Source: Vicinamibacterales bacterium (GTDB lineage: Bacteria > Acidobacteriota > Vicinamibacteria > Vicinamibacterales > CAVVIG01). Taken from it: 64,000 bases of DNA. Position 1 is the stretch's first letter; the number at the start of each line of letters is the position of its first letter. Positions 18,596 through 28,193 of the stretch are shown here, piece by piece. Under the pieces are notes generated by a model, which ran no database searches, was not told the origin of the DNA, and worked only from the letters and a program-made list of their open reading frames with translations. The DNA lies in assembly GCA_035537875.1 (NCBI GenBank), contig DATLLJ010000043.1, forward strand, positions 28,161-92,160, in the 5' to 3' direction. A program made the translations under genes and the position numbers.

Positions 18596-19960
18596 CTACG
18601 TGGTCGTTTCAGCTTCGCGGTTGCGTCGCCCGCCGGGGCGCGATTCGGGCTCGAGCTGAAATTCCTCGATCTTGCGATACAAGGTGCCGCGGCTGATGTC
18701 GAGAACTCTTGCGGCTTCTTTCTTGTTCCACTGTACCGCTTCGAGCACCCGCACGATATGCGCGCGCTCGGCCTCGGCCAGTGAAGGCATCCGGTCGCCC
18801 GTCGGCGCCGGCACGCTCGTGTTGGCGTGCAGAAATTCGATGTCGGTGCCGCGGATGATGCGCCCGGGCGCTGACAGCGCTGCGCGGGAAACCGTGCTCT
18901 CGAGCTCGCGGATATTGCCCGGCCAGTGATAGTTCACGAGCAGGTCCAGCGCTTCACGGGAGAAGGCCTTGCTGTCGAGCGGCATGCCCTGGGCGGCGCA
19001 GTACCGTGCCAGGAATCGCTGGCCGAGAACGGGGATGTCCACCTGTCGCTCGCGGAGCGACGGCAGCCGGATGGCGAACGCGTTGACGCGGTAATACAAG
19101 TCCTCGCGGAACCGGCCGTCCCGCACGAACTGCTCGAGGGGCCGGTTGGTCGCCGAAATGAGCCGGAAATCGACCGTGATGGCCTTGTTGCCGCCAAGCC
19201 GTTCGAAACGGCGCTCTTCGAGTACCCGCAGCAGCTTGGCCTGCGCGATGAGCGACGTGTCGGCGATCTCGTCGAGAAACAACGTGCCCTCGTTGGCCAG
19301 CTCGAGGCGCCCGGGCTTGCGATCGTGGGCGCCGGTGAAGGCTCCCTTTTCGTAGCCGAAGATTTCTGACTCGAACAGGGTGTCGGGCAGCGCGGCACAG
19401 TTCACCGCCTGGAAATTCGCCACGCTGCGCGGGCTGAGCTCGTGAATCATCCGAGCCACGACTTCCTTGCCCGACCCGGTCGGCCCGAGAATCAACACGG
19501 AGATGTCGGACTTGGCCGCCGTCCGGATCCACTCGAAGACGATCAGCATCTTCTCGTCGCGCCCGATCATTTCGCGGAAGCGCTGCACCGACGGCGACTG
19601 ATCCTCGGTCGAGACCGTTGCGCGGCGCTCGAGGAAGTGGTCCAGCAGCTCGGCCAGCGCGTCGTTGACCGGCCGCGCGGCGATGTACTTCACGGGCGTG
19701 CCGCCGATCGCGTAAGCCACGCCGAAGTCCACGAGCTCCTTGACGCAGTTTTCGACGTCCATCCGGAGCCGGCCGAACGTCTGCATCAGCGACTCGACGT
19801 CGAAGCTCTCCTCCGGACGGGCACTGAGATAGCGAAGGATGCCGGCGCGCAGCGGTGACTGCACCAGCCCTCGAAAGCGTGTCTCGAGGTCGGCCGGTTC
19901 CGAGTTCCTCGCCGAGGCTGCCGCACTGGCGCGCCGGGCGCTGAAGGTGAGATCGTCCAT
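18596..19960 (-). CDS. sigma-54-dependent transcriptional activator (bEBP) with a non-receiver N-terminal domain
   Basis: Walker A GPTGSGKEVVAR, sigma-54 contact motif GAFTGA, and C-terminal Fis-type HTH AARVLDISRGTLYRKI. Confidence 0.85.
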   Translation of the reverse strand: MDDLTFSARRASAAASARNSEPADLETRFRGLVQSPLRAGILRYLSARPEESFDVESLMQTFGRLRMDVENCVKELVDFGVAYAIGGTPVKYIAARPVNDALAELLDHFLERRATVSTEDQSPSVQRFREMIGRDEKMLIVFEWIRTAAKSDISVLILGPTGSGKEVVARMIHELSPRSVANFQAVNCAALPDTLFESEIFGYEKGAFTGAHDRKPGRLELANEGTLFLDEIADTSLIAQAKLLRVLEERRFERLGGNKAITVDFRLISATNRPLEQFVRDGRFREDLYYRVNAFAIRLPSLRERQVDIPVLGQRFLARYCAAQGMPLDSKAFSREALDLLVNYHWPGNIRELESTVSRAALSAPGRIIRGTDIEFLHANTSVPAPTGDRMPSLAEAERAHIVRVLEAVQWNKKEAARVLDISRGTLYRKIEEFQLEPESRPGGRRNREAETTT

Positions 19961-19975
19961 TCCTAGCCGTTTACG

Positions 19976-20437
19976 TTATCGGCGGGAAACGACCGGCCCG
20001 ACAGGGGGGTGGCCAGCGGCCCCGGATCCCCGGTAATACTGGGTCTGGTAGTGCTCGACGAGGTCTTTGATGGCCGACGCGTCGCGGTTGCGGTGGCCAT
20101 GGCAGCGAATCGGGTCCGAGCCGCCGCTGGTCTCGATGAGCACGTCGGACAGCAGCATGCCCGTATCGATCTTTACCGACGAGACATGGGCGAGGTGAAT
20201 CGACTTTTCGAGCCGTCCGATCCAACTTGGGGAGTACTGGACAACAGTGTTAGGGGTGATCAGGACTTGCGTCGGAAATAGACGGTTGCCGGTGCTCAGC
20301 CGGCTGGCGCGAAAGACATCGCCCTGCGCAAAGGGTCGGCCCTTGCGCCAGATCCACAGGAGCGTCACCAGCGCCGCCGCTCCCAGCGCGAGGAACGTCC
20401 AGGCCACCCATGGGTTGTCAGCGAACCAGGCGTTCAT
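19976..20437 (-). CDS. membrane-anchored PH-domain-like protein
   Basis: 153 aa with one N-terminal TM helix. The body resembles bacterial PH (bPH) domain proteins. Family call is weak. Confidence 0.5.
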   Translation of the reverse strand: MNAWFADNPWVAWTFLALGAAALVTLLWIWRKGRPFAQGDVFRASRLSTGNRLFPTQVLITPNTVVQYSPSWIGRLEKSIHLAHVSSVKIDTGMLLSDVLIETSGGSDPIRCHGHRNRDASAIKDLVEHYQTQYYRGSGAAGHPPVGPVVSRR

Positions 20438-20485
20438 CGCTGCGGCTCGCCAGTCACAAGAGCAGATGTTAAGCTATTTCCAGCG

Positions 20486-21622
20486 ATGCCGTACCGCGCG
20501 CCAGGGTCTCGTGAACAGTCCCGCTCGAAGGTCCTCTCGGGAAAGCCGATTCGATATTACCGGCCGACAGGAAGCCAGGACATCCGTCGGCTCGTCGACG
20601 AGGGATTTCAGGCCTTCAACGCCGCTCGATTATCGGAAGCCTGCGCGATCTTCTCCGACAAGATGCTCGACCCAGCCGAAGACACGACCATCGCCCTCAC
20701 CGTCGCCGGCGCCCTGACGCCCGCCGGCCTCGGTGGCTGCGTCATCGAGCTGATGGATCGGGGCCTCGTCGACTTCGTCATCTCGACCGGCGCCAACCTG
20801 TATCACGACCTCCATTACGCGCTGAACTTCACGTTGAGACGGGGGTCGCCCTTCCTCGACGATGTCCAGCTGTACGAAGATGGGGTGATTCGGATTTACG
20901 ACGTGCTGTTTCCCGCATCGGTTCTGCTCGAAACCGATGCGTATATCCGCGACTTCCTCGTGCGCTGCGGCCTGACCGGGCCGACCACCACGTCGGAGCT
21001 TCATTACCGGCTGGGACGGGATCTGCTCGAGCGTTTCCCGGGCTGCGAAGAGCACTCTGTCGTCGCTCGCGCCGCGCTCGCCGGGGTGCCCATTTACACT
21101 TCTTCCCCGGGCGACAGCTCCATCGGGATGAACGTCGCGTATCACGAGCTGATGAACGACAGCGGCCTGATGATCGATCCGAACCGGGATGTGAACGAGG
21201 TGTGCGCCATCGTCCTCAACGGCACGCGTAACGGCTGCGTCATCCTTGGCGGAGGATCGCCGAAGAACTTCTACCTCCAGGGTCAGCCGACGTTGTGGGA
21301 GGTGTACGGAATCCCCAAAGGGGGCAACGAATACTTCATCCAGATCACCACCGACTCGGTCGTCTGGGGTGGGCTGTCCGGCGCGACGCCGGCAGAGGCC
21401 GTCAGCTGGGGCAAGGTCAACCCGGGCGTGCTGCCCGATACGGTGGTCGCGTACTGCGATTCAACCATCGCGTTCCCGATCTTCTGTGAGTATGCGATTG
21501 GATCGCCCAACGGACGTCGGCCGCGCAAGGAGCTGGTGCACAGACGGGATGCTTTGGTGGCCAATCTCAAGCGCGAGGCTCTCGCCGCACAGGAAAAAAA
21601 GGGACTGGCAAAGACCCAGTAG
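20486..21622 (+). CDS. deoxyhypusine synthase family protein
   Basis: 378 aa. TVAGALTPAGLGG and FVISTGANLYHD are typical of the DHS family. Confidence 0.8.
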   Translation: MPYRAPGSREQSRSKVLSGKPIRYYRPTGSQDIRRLVDEGFQAFNAARLSEACAIFSDKMLDPAEDTTIALTVAGALTPAGLGGCVIELMDRGLVDFVISTGANLYHDLHYALNFTLRRGSPFLDDVQLYEDGVIRIYDVLFPASVLLETDAYIRDFLVRCGLTGPTTTSELHYRLGRDLLERFPGCEEHSVVARAALAGVPIYTSSPGDSSIGMNVAYHELMNDSGLMIDPNRDVNEVCAIVLNGTRNGCVILGGGSPKNFYLQGQPTLWEVYGIPKGGNEYFIQITTDSVVWGGLSGATPAEAVSWGKVNPGVLPDTVVAYCDSTIAFPIFCEYAIGSPNGRRPRKELVHRRDALVANLKREALAAQEKKGLAKTQ

Positions 21623-21636
21623 ATTGCATTCGTGCA

Positions 21637-22077
21637 TTGATCCCCATGGGCACCCTGTCGTCTGAGCTCACGCCCCACGCGCAGCGCATCGCCTCGCGCC
21701 CCCGGATCTACGCCGATGCCAACGTACCCGCCGGTATCGTGGCTCACATGCGCATCAGGCTGCAGTGGGACGTCCTGTTCGTCGTCGAAGAAGAGACCCT
21801 TCGGCGGGCCCCCGACCTGAAGCACTTCCGCCTTGCCCAGCAGCTCGGTCGGACGCTCGTCACGATGGACCGGGACTACCTCGATGACAAGCGCTTTCCG
21901 CCGGATGAAGGCAGCGGCGTCCTGGTGATCAACGCGCCGGACGAGCAACAGCTGACGCTGCTGCTGGAGCGGGTCGACCGATCCTTGTTTCGGCCTGACG
22001 CAGACAGTCCGGTTGCGCTGCCCCTGGCCGGGCGCAAGCTGCAGGTGAACTCGGACTGGGGTCGCGAGTCCTGGTGA
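21637..22077 (+). CDS. PIN-like DUF5615-type protein (toxin-like, no partner seen)
   Basis: Pattern YADANVP...WDVLFV...TLVTMDRDY...GVLVI resembles DUF5615/Mut7-C-like PIN folds. No adjacent DUF433-like ORF. Confidence 0.45.
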   Translation: MIPMGTLSSELTPHAQRIASRPRIYADANVPAGIVAHMRIRLQWDVLFVVEEETLRRAPDLKHFRLAQQLGRTLVTMDRDYLDDKRFPPDEGSGVLVINAPDEQQLTLLLERVDRSLFRPDADSPVALPLAGRKLQVNSDWGRESW

Positions 22078-22138
22078 TGACTTCCTCCGGCGCTCTGAAT
22101 GCGGAGCGCGGCAAACCGTCGGGACCGGGCGCTGTGAG

Positions 22139-23368
22139 ATGACGATCCTGTCAGGCGCTCAGCTGGTGCTGCCTGACCGGATTCTCGCGCCCGGCACGCT
22201 CGCCATTGATGGCGACCGCATTACGGACGTACGTGAAGGCTCCTGGTCGGGGCGCGACGCTCGTCGCTCTCCCGTCTTCGCCTTCCACGGCCACACGATT
22301 GTCCCTGGCTTCATCGACGTGCACGTCCACGGTCTCGAAGGCATCGACACCCTCGATGGCCACGACGACAGCGGAAGAACCGCCGTGGCAGCCATGGCCT
22401 CCAGGCTTCCCCGATACGGAGTCACCGCGTTCTGCCCGACCACGGTTGCCTGCGCGCCGGACGCCCTGCGCCGCGTGCTCGAGAGCGTCGCCGCGGCACG
22501 GCGACCGGGACGCGACCTTGGCGCCGCGCGTGTCCTCCCGGCGCACCTCGAAAGCAACTTCATCAACCCGGATTTTCGCGGCGCTCAACCTGCTGGCTGT
22601 CTGCGGAGTCCGCGCCAGGCCCTGTCTCCGATTCACCAGCCGTCCGACGGCTTTCAGGCCGCCGAGCTCCTCGCGGAGATCGTCCGCGCCGGCGCAGATG
22701 TCGGTATCGTGACGGTCGCACCGGAGCTCGATGGTGGGCTCGACCTCGTGCGCTGGCTGATCGCTCGTGGGTACCGGGTGTCCCTTGGCCACTCCGGTGC
22801 CACCTTTGAGCAGGCGCTCGAGGCCATTGCCGCCGGAGCGCGACAGGCCACGCATCTGTTCAATCGAATGCCGCCACTCGCACATCGCGCCCCTGGACTT
22901 GCCGGTGCCGTGCTGTCCTCCGACGAGATCGCAGCCGAGATCATCTGCGACGGCTATCACGTCCACCCAGCCCTCGTGCGCACGGCCGTCACCTCCAAAC
23001 ATCCTTCGCGGGTCATGGCCATCACTGACGGGACGGCACTGTCCGGGCTTGCCGTGGGTTCGCGCGGCTCGCTGGGTGGGCAACCCATCGTGGCCGGCGA
23101 GTCGGCGGCCCTGCTGGCGGATGGGACGCTCGCCGGCAGCGTGTGCACGATGGACCGGGTGTTTCGAATGCTCGTCGGGCCGACGAGGCTGCCGCTGGTC
23201 GCGGCTGCGGCGTTGTGCGCGACGACCGCGGCGCGCGAGATGGGCCTGGAGGATCTGGGTGTCATCGCGCCCGGAGCCATCGCCGATCTGGTCGTCCTGG
23301 ATGACCGTCTGTCCGTGGTCCAGACGTACGTCGGCGGACATCTCGCGTATCGACGCAACGAGCCCTGA
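22139..23368 (+). CDS. nagA: N-acetylglucosamine-6-phosphate deacetylase
   Basis: GFIDVHVHG and ATHLFNRMP motifs of the amidohydrolase NagA family. Confidence 0.8.
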   Translation: MTILSGAQLVLPDRILAPGTLAIDGDRITDVREGSWSGRDARRSPVFAFHGHTIVPGFIDVHVHGLEGIDTLDGHDDSGRTAVAAMASRLPRYGVTAFCPTTVACAPDALRRVLESVAAARRPGRDLGAARVLPAHLESNFINPDFRGAQPAGCLRSPRQALSPIHQPSDGFQAAELLAEIVRAGADVGIVTVAPELDGGLDLVRWLIARGYRVSLGHSGATFEQALEAIAAGARQATHLFNRMPPLAHRAPGLAGAVLSSDEIAAEIICDGYHVHPALVRTAVTSKHPSRVMAITDGTALSGLAVGSRGSLGGQPIVAGESAALLADGTLAGSVCTMDRVFRMLVGPTRLPLVAAAALCATTAAREMGLEDLGVIAPGAIADLVVLDDRLSVVQTYVGGHLAYRRNEP

Positions 23369-23370
23369 CC

Positions 23371-24087
23371 TCAGGACTGCTCGATATAGTGGCGATCGAG
23401 GTAGGAGGTCGGGTCGGCGACGCCGGCCTCGAGAAAGGCGTCGTGGCGCTCGCGGCACTTGCTGCAGACGCCGCAGTGCAGCGCGCGAGAGGCTCGAATG
23501 CCCCGGCTCTCGCCGCTGTCCTGAGGCGGTTTCATGCAGGACAACGTCAGGTGGAGCGGCACTCCAAGCAGCGCTCCACGCTCGACGACGGCGGATTTGG
23601 CGAGGCTCGCGAACGGCGCGTCGATGGTGAGCGTGTGGGCGAGTCCCAGAGACAAGGCCACAGCCATCGCCCTGCGGAATTCGTCGGTGGCGTCCGGAAA
23701 CGGATTGTGTCCGAGCGTACCGAGAACGAGCCGATCGATCTGTGACGCTGCGCAGAAGACCGCGGCCTTCCCGAGCAGGATGACGTTGCGGCCCGGAAGA
23801 TAGACGTCCTCATCGGGCGTATGGTAGCCCGGTGGCCGTCCGCCGACGGCCCAGTGGTCGCTGGCGTATACGTCCCGCATGTCGACGGTCAAGGATACGA
23901 GCGGACGAGTGCGGCCTCGAAGGGGCTCCTGACCGAGCAATTCGCGCACCGCTGCCTGCTCGCCATCCTCCCAGGCCAGCCCGACCCGAATGTAGACTGG
24001 ATGGATCGTGCCGCTGCCGCGCGCCGCTTCGTCTGCGAGAAGTACGGCGCTGTCGAGGCCGCCCGACATCAGCACGGCAGTCTGCAT
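23371..24087 (-). CDS. queC: 7-cyano-7-deazaguanine synthase
   Basis: PP-loop VLMSGGLDSAVLL and a C-terminal Cys cluster including CGVCSKCRER. Confidence 0.85.
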   Translation of the reverse strand: MQTAVLMSGGLDSAVLLADEAARGSGTIHPVYIRVGLAWEDGEQAAVRELLGQEPLRGRTRPLVSLTVDMRDVYASDHWAVGGRPPGYHTPDEDVYLPGRNVILLGKAAVFCAASQIDRLVLGTLGHNPFPDATDEFRRAMAVALSLGLAHTLTIDAPFASLAKSAVVERGALLGVPLHLTLSCMKPPQDSGESRGIRASRALHCGVCSKCRERHDAFLEAGVADPTSYLDRHYIEQS

Positions 24088-24111
24088 CGAGTAAGATTAT
24101 CCACTTACCCG

Positions 24112-24513
24112 ATGTACTCCGTCACCAAGCGGATTGAGTTCTGCTACGGCCACCGCCTGCTGGACTACGACGGCGTTTGTCAGCATCCGCACGGTCACAA
24201 CGCCATAGCCGAGATCGAGGTCAGCACCGTGGAGCTGGACCGGCGCAACATGGTGTGCGACTTCGGCGACATCAAGCGGGTTGTGAAAGGGTGGATCGAT
24301 CGCGAGATCGATCACCGCATGCTGCTCCGCCACGACGATCCGCTGGTCAAGCCGCTGCAGCAGCTCGGCGAGCCGGTCTACCTCCTCGACAGCAATCCCA
24401 CGGTCGAGCGGCTGGCGCGACTGATCTTCGACTACACGACCGAACAGGGCTTTCCGGTCGTCCGCGTCACCGTGTGGGAAACGCCCACGTCGTTCGCCGA
24501 GTACCGCGAATAG
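24112..24513 (+). CDS. queD: 6-carboxy-5,6,7,8-tetrahydropterin synthase
   Basis: MYSVTKRIEFCYGHRL...HGHN motifs of the PTPS/QueD family. Start trimmed to ATG 24112. Confidence 0.85.
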   Translation: MYSVTKRIEFCYGHRLLDYDGVCQHPHGHNAIAEIEVSTVELDRRNMVCDFGDIKRVVKGWIDREIDHRMLLRHDDPLVKPLQQLGEPVYLLDSNPTVERLARLIFDYTTEQGFPVVRVTVWETPTSFAEYRE

Positions 24514-24514
24514 C

Positions 24515-25165
24515 GTGGTCTACGCCCTGTACGTGTTCGATCTCGACGGCACGCTCGTCGATTCGCGGCGCGACATCGCGGAATCGGCGAACGAGCTGCT
24601 CGAAACCTGCGGGGCATCGGCGCTCCCCGAAGAAGTGGTCGGCAGAATGGTCGGTAACGGCGCCCCCGACCTGGTCGCCCGAGCGTTTGCCGCCGCTGCG
24701 ATCGAGCCCCCTGCGGATGCGCTCGAGCGCTTTCTGCGCATCTACGATCGGCGCCTTCTGGCCCATACGCGGCCCTACGTTGGGATCCCCGAGGTGCTCG
24801 AGGCGCTGCAGGTGAGGGCGCCGCTGGCGGTGCTCACGAACAAGCCGCTCGCGGCCACACGATCGGTTCTCGACGGACTGGGCCTCGCCCGGTTTTTCGA
24901 CGCCGACGCCGTGGTGGCGGGTGACGGAGCGTTCGGACGCAAACCCGATCCCGCGGGGTTACAACACCTCTCGTCGCGAGCCGGCGTTCAGCCGGGTGCT
25001 ACTCTGCTCGTTGGGGATTCGCTCGTGGACTGGCAGACCGCCCGCAACGCCGCGGCGCCAGTCTGTCTGGCCCGCTACGGGTTCGGGTTCGAGGACTTCC
25101 CCGTTCAGAGGCTTGGTCCGGCGGACCATCTCATCGAGAGGCCGTACGACCTTCTGGTCTTGTAG
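24515..25165 (+). CDS. HAD-superfamily phosphatase (phosphoglycolate phosphatase-like)
   Basis: YVFDLDGTLVDS (DxDGT), LTNK, GDSLVD. Confidence 0.7.
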   Translation: MVYALYVFDLDGTLVDSRRDIAESANELLETCGASALPEEVVGRMVGNGAPDLVARAFAAAAIEPPADALERFLRIYDRRLLAHTRPYVGIPEVLEALQVRAPLAVLTNKPLAATRSVLDGLGLARFFDADAVVAGDGAFGRKPDPAGLQHLSSRAGVQPGATLLVGDSLVDWQTARNAAAPVCLARYGFGFEDFPVQRLGPADHLIERPYDLLVL

Positions 25166-25256
25166 CGCCGCTGCTCCTGTAGCGTTCCTGTACGTCGCGG
25201 CGGCCGATATTGATGGGCTTTGATGCAGCCGACTCGTCTTTGCGCGCGCCGTCCGG

Positions 25257-25272
25257 TGGCATCTCCGTTGCT
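25257..25272 (+). promoter_or_regulatory. candidate sigma-54 (-24/-12) promoter upstream of the gvp locus
   Basis: TGGCATCTCCGTTGCT versus consensus TGGCACG-N4-TTGCW. GG and GC elements are at the canonical spacing. About 70 nt upstream of the first gvp ATG (25341). Confidence 0.4.
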
Positions 25273-25340
25273 CTGGTAAGCGGGCCCGTCTGCTGAGACC
25301 TCGAAATTGCGAGCGCGAACTCCCATAGAATAGCCAAGCT

Positions 25341-25673
25341 ATGCCGACGCCACTCAGCGGTGAGAGTCACGGTCGCTCTACCGGTCTGGTCGAGGTGCTG
25401 GACCGTATCCTCGACAAAGGCTTGGTGGTGGCCGGCGACATCAAAGTGTCCCTGGCCGAAGTCGAGCTGCTCACCATTCGGATTCGCCTTCTCATCTGCT
25501 CGATCGACAAAGCCGAGCAGATCGGTCTGGACTGGTGGAAGTTCGATCACCATTTGTCCCCGGGCAAGCAGGCGTTGTCGGCTGAGAACGAAGAGCTGAA
25601 GAAGCAGGTCCGGGCCCTCGAGCGGCGTCTGTCTTCGCTGACGCGCCATCGATCGGTTCGCGGGCTGCGATAA
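25341..25673 (+). CDS. gas vesicle protein, GvpA family (GvpJ/S-like)
   Basis: LVEVLDRILDKGLVVAGDIKVSLAEVELLTIRIRLLICSIDKA matches the GvpA/J/M/S core. Confidence 0.8.
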   Translation: MPTPLSGESHGRSTGLVEVLDRILDKGLVVAGDIKVSLAEVELLTIRIRLLICSIDKAEQIGLDWWKFDHHLSPGKQALSAENEELKKQVRALERRLSSLTRHRSVRGLR

Positions 25674-25702
25674 CCGGCGTGACGGAATGAAGGAGTGGTG
25701 CG

Positions 25703-26029
25703 ATGCCCGTTGAGCGAGCCGCTGGTGGATCCAGCCTGATCGACGTCCTTGATCGGGTCCTCGACAAAGGCATCGTGATCGATGCCTGGGTTCGAGTCTC
25801 ACTGGTCGGCATCGATCTCATCACCGTCGAGGCGCGTGTCGTCGTGGCTTCTATCGATACATACTTGAAGTACTCGGAAGCAGTCGGCCAGGTCGCCCCG
25901 GTGTCGAAGCCGGCGATCGAAGGCAGAGGCTATGAGGAAGTCATTGCAGAAAACGCCGCGCTACGCGCTCAGCTCAAAGCCGGCGCCTCTGCGGGCCGAC
26001 CTGTTGGCCGGCGGCGTCAGCGCGGATAG
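25703..26029 (+). CDS. gvpA: gas vesicle structural protein GvpA
   Basis: [50 protein letters not shown] is a near-canonical GvpA core. Confidence 0.9.
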   Translation: MPVERAAGGSSLIDVLDRVLDKGIVIDAWVRVSLVGIDLITVEARVVVASIDTYLKYSEAVGQVAPVSKPAIEGRGYEEVIAENAALRAQLKAGASAGRPVGRRRQRG

Positions 26030-28193
26030 GGGAAACGGGTCGGCCGCGACCCGGCGCCTCCCGGCTGCGGCGGTCACGCTTGGCGACGACCAGGGGGCCC
26101 GGGTCCGTTTGCTCGAGGCGTTGATCAACTTGAGCGACGTGGCCGACTGCGCGCAGTACGCGCTGCAGTGGCTCCGCGATACGCTCAATCTGGCCCGATC
26201 GCTCTGCCTGCTGAAGCCGGTCAACGAGGATGCCCTCCTGACCGTGGCCGCGCAGGGCCTCCCCGGCAGTGCAGCCTCGCGCTTCACGGTTTCGCTCGAC
26301 GACTGGAGCAACCCCCTCGTCGTCGCCTTCAACAACCGCGAGACGGCGTTCTTCCGGGCTGTGAGCAACGCCGCCGATCGAAAGCGCCGACCCTCCACTC
26401 CTTTCGAGGACGCGCCGTTTCATGTCGTGCCGCTCGCCTCCAAGCAGTTCGGGGGTGAGGCGTTCGGTCTGCTCATGATCGGCAGCGTCGGCATGCTGTC
26501 GCGCGAGCTCCCTTATTTCTCGCACGTCTTCTCCCAGAAGATCGCGCAGGTTCTCCGGCAGCAGGCGCTCGTCGAAGGCGATCGCCGGCAGGGCCGCGAG
26601 CGTTCGCTCCTCTACAACATCATCAACGCGGTCACCGACCCGATCTTGTTGACCGACACCGAAGGCCGCCTGCTCATCGCCAACGCCCGCGCGCTGACGC
26701 TCTTCACGGCGTCCGAGGAAGAGAGCGAGGGGCGACGCGGAGCGGTGCGGCTGAACAACATGTTGTTGTCGTCGGCGCTGTCGAGCAAGGCGATCGAGGA
26801 AAGGGGTGCCGCGCGGCGCGAGCTGGTCCTGGTGAACCCGGTCGACGGGTCGGATCTGGTGTTCGAGCTCCTGAGCACCATCACGGAGGATGGGCGGCAG
26901 GGAAGCGGCGTGGTGTCGATTCTGCGCAACGTCACCGATTTGCGGCGCGCCAGCGAGGAAATCGAGGAGAACTACCGTCGGCTCCGGATCGCCGAGGCGC
27001 AGGCGAGGGCGGAGAGCGATCGACTGAACGTGATCATCGATTCGGTCGCCGACCCCATCGTGGTGACCGACGCGGGAGGGGCGACCTCGCTGATGAACGA
27101 TCGCGCCGAGCGTCTCTTCACGACGCCCGCCAAGGCCACGGCTCGCGAGCAGCGCTGGGTTCAAGCGAACGATGCGCATTTCTCGTCGTTCATCGCCGGC
27201 ATGCTCGTCGGCGCCGACGAGCGGCGCATCGGGGAAATCGCCTTGATCGATCCGGTCACGGGTGAAGCGCTCCCGGTCGAGGCCATCGCTGGTAAGATGC
27301 TGTCGGACCACGGCGAGCTCACGGCGGTTGTGACCATCCTGCACGATCGACGCGAGGCGATGGAGACCGCGAGGCTGTACGAGCAGTTGAAGCAAGCGTC
27401 CGACGAGCTGGAGCGACGTATTCAGGCGGCGACGTCGGACATCGCGCACCAGAACGAGCTGCTTCGCCGGCAGGCCATCGAGCTCGAGCAGGCGTCGGCG
27501 CTGAAATCGCAGTTCCTGGCCAACATGTCGCACGAGTTCAGGACACCGCTCAACGCGATGCTCGGCTATACGTCGATGCTGCTGCAGGGCGTGGGGGGCT
27601 CGCTGGAGCCGAGCGCCAAGCGCCATCTCATGCGCGTCGAGTCCAACGGCAGACATCTGCTCACAATCATCAACGAGATCCTGGACATATCCCGCATCGA
27701 AGCGGGCCGAATGCCTCTGCAACTGTCCCGTGTCGATGTGCCGGCGCTCATCGCCGAGGTGAAATCGGAGCTCGAGCCGATCATCCTGCGGTCGAAGCTT
27801 CTCGTCACGGTGGACGTCCCGGCCACGCTGCCGCCGCTCGTCTGCGACCGGCAGAAGGTGAAGCAGATTCTGCTGAATTTTCTCAGCAACGCCCTCAAGT
27901 TCACGCATCGCGGCAGCGTGGTGATCAAGGCCCGTCGCAACGTCAAAGACCGCACGCTGACGTTGTCGGTGACCGACAGCGGCATCGGCGTCGCTCCGGC
28001 CGATCACCAGAAGATCTTCGAGGACTTCCGCCAGTTGGACAACTCACCGACCCGAAAGTACGGCGGCACCGGCCTCGGGCTTTCGATTTGCCGGCGGCTG
28101 GCTCAGATGCTCGACGGACGTATTACGTTGCGCAGCGACGTGGGAAAGGGATCCACGTTCGCGCTCGTATTGCCACTGAGGGGGAGGACATGA
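25932..28193 (+). CDS. cytoplasmic sensor histidine kinase (GAF/PAS-type sensory region + HisKA + HATPase)
   Basis: H-box [15 protein letters not shown]-box [11 protein letters not shown], and G-boxes DSGIGV / GGTGLGLSI. The long N-terminal region has PAS-like repeats. Start is uncertain: the ORF overlaps the gvpA 3' end, and in-frame TTG 26109 is an alternative. Confidence 0.8.
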   Translation: MRKSLQKTPRYALSSKPAPLRADLLAGGVSADRGNGSAATRRLPAAAVTLGDDQGARVRLLEALINLSDVADCAQYALQWLRDTLNLARSLCLLKPVNEDALLTVAAQGLPGSAASRFTVSLDDWSNPLVVAFNNRETAFFRAVSNAADRKRRPSTPFEDAPFHVVPLASKQFGGEAFGLLMIGSVGMLSRELPYFSHVFSQKIAQVLRQQALVEGDRRQGRERSLLYNIINAVTDPILLTDTEGRLLIANARALTLFTASEEESEGRRGAVRLNNMLLSSALSSKAIEERGAARRELVLVNPVDGSDLVFELLSTITEDGRQGSGVVSILRNVTDLRRASEEIEENYRRLRIAEAQARAESDRLNVIIDSVADPIVVTDAGGATSLMNDRAERLFTTPAKATAREQRWVQANDAHFSSFIAGMLVGADERRIGEIALIDPVTGEALPVEAIAGKMLSDHGELTAVVTILHDRREAMETARLYEQLKQASDELERRIQAATSDIAHQNELLRRQAIELEQASALKSQFLANMSHEFRTPLNAMLGYTSMLLQGVGGSLEPSAKRHLMRVESNGRHLLTIINEILDISRIEAGRMPLQLSRVDVPALIAEVKSELEPIILRSKLLVTVDVPATLPPLVCDRQKVKQILLNFLSNALKFTHRGSVVIKARRNVKDRTLTLSVTDSGIGVAPADHQKIFEDFRQLDNSPTRKYGGTGLGLSICRRLAQMLDGRITLRSDVGKGSTFALVLPLRGRT

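Noticed and set aside
16428-18784. Very long ORFs overlapping the HD-GYP/GGDEF gene: 16428..18530 (-, 700 aa, alternate frame) and 16748..18784 (+, 678 aa, antisense).
   Set aside because: Both are Arg/Pro/Gly/Ala-dominated with no recognisable motifs, whereas the 15980..18523 frame carries clear HD-GYP, GAF and GGDEF signatures. This is the typical stop-codon-poor shadow ORF of high-GC DNA.
24088-24111. A 24-nt queC/queD divergent spacer with a short imperfect inverted repeat (GAGTAAG...CTTACCC) as a possible regulatory site or preQ1-type element.
   Set aside because: It is too short for a preQ1 riboswitch, and the repeat is only 7 nt with a mismatch. It cannot be distinguished from chance.
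25932-26029. A 98-nt coding overlap between gvpA and the histidine-kinase ORF as a genuine overlapping-gene arrangement.
   Set aside because: More likely the kinase starts at a downstream alternative codon, for example in-frame TTG 26109. The N-terminal ~60 aa of the long ORF are low complexity.
25974-28007. 677-aa minus-strand ORF antisense to the gvp-cluster histidine kinase.
   Set aside because: It shows no domain signatures and a skewed R/G/D/H composition, while the plus-strand frame has complete H, N and G boxes.
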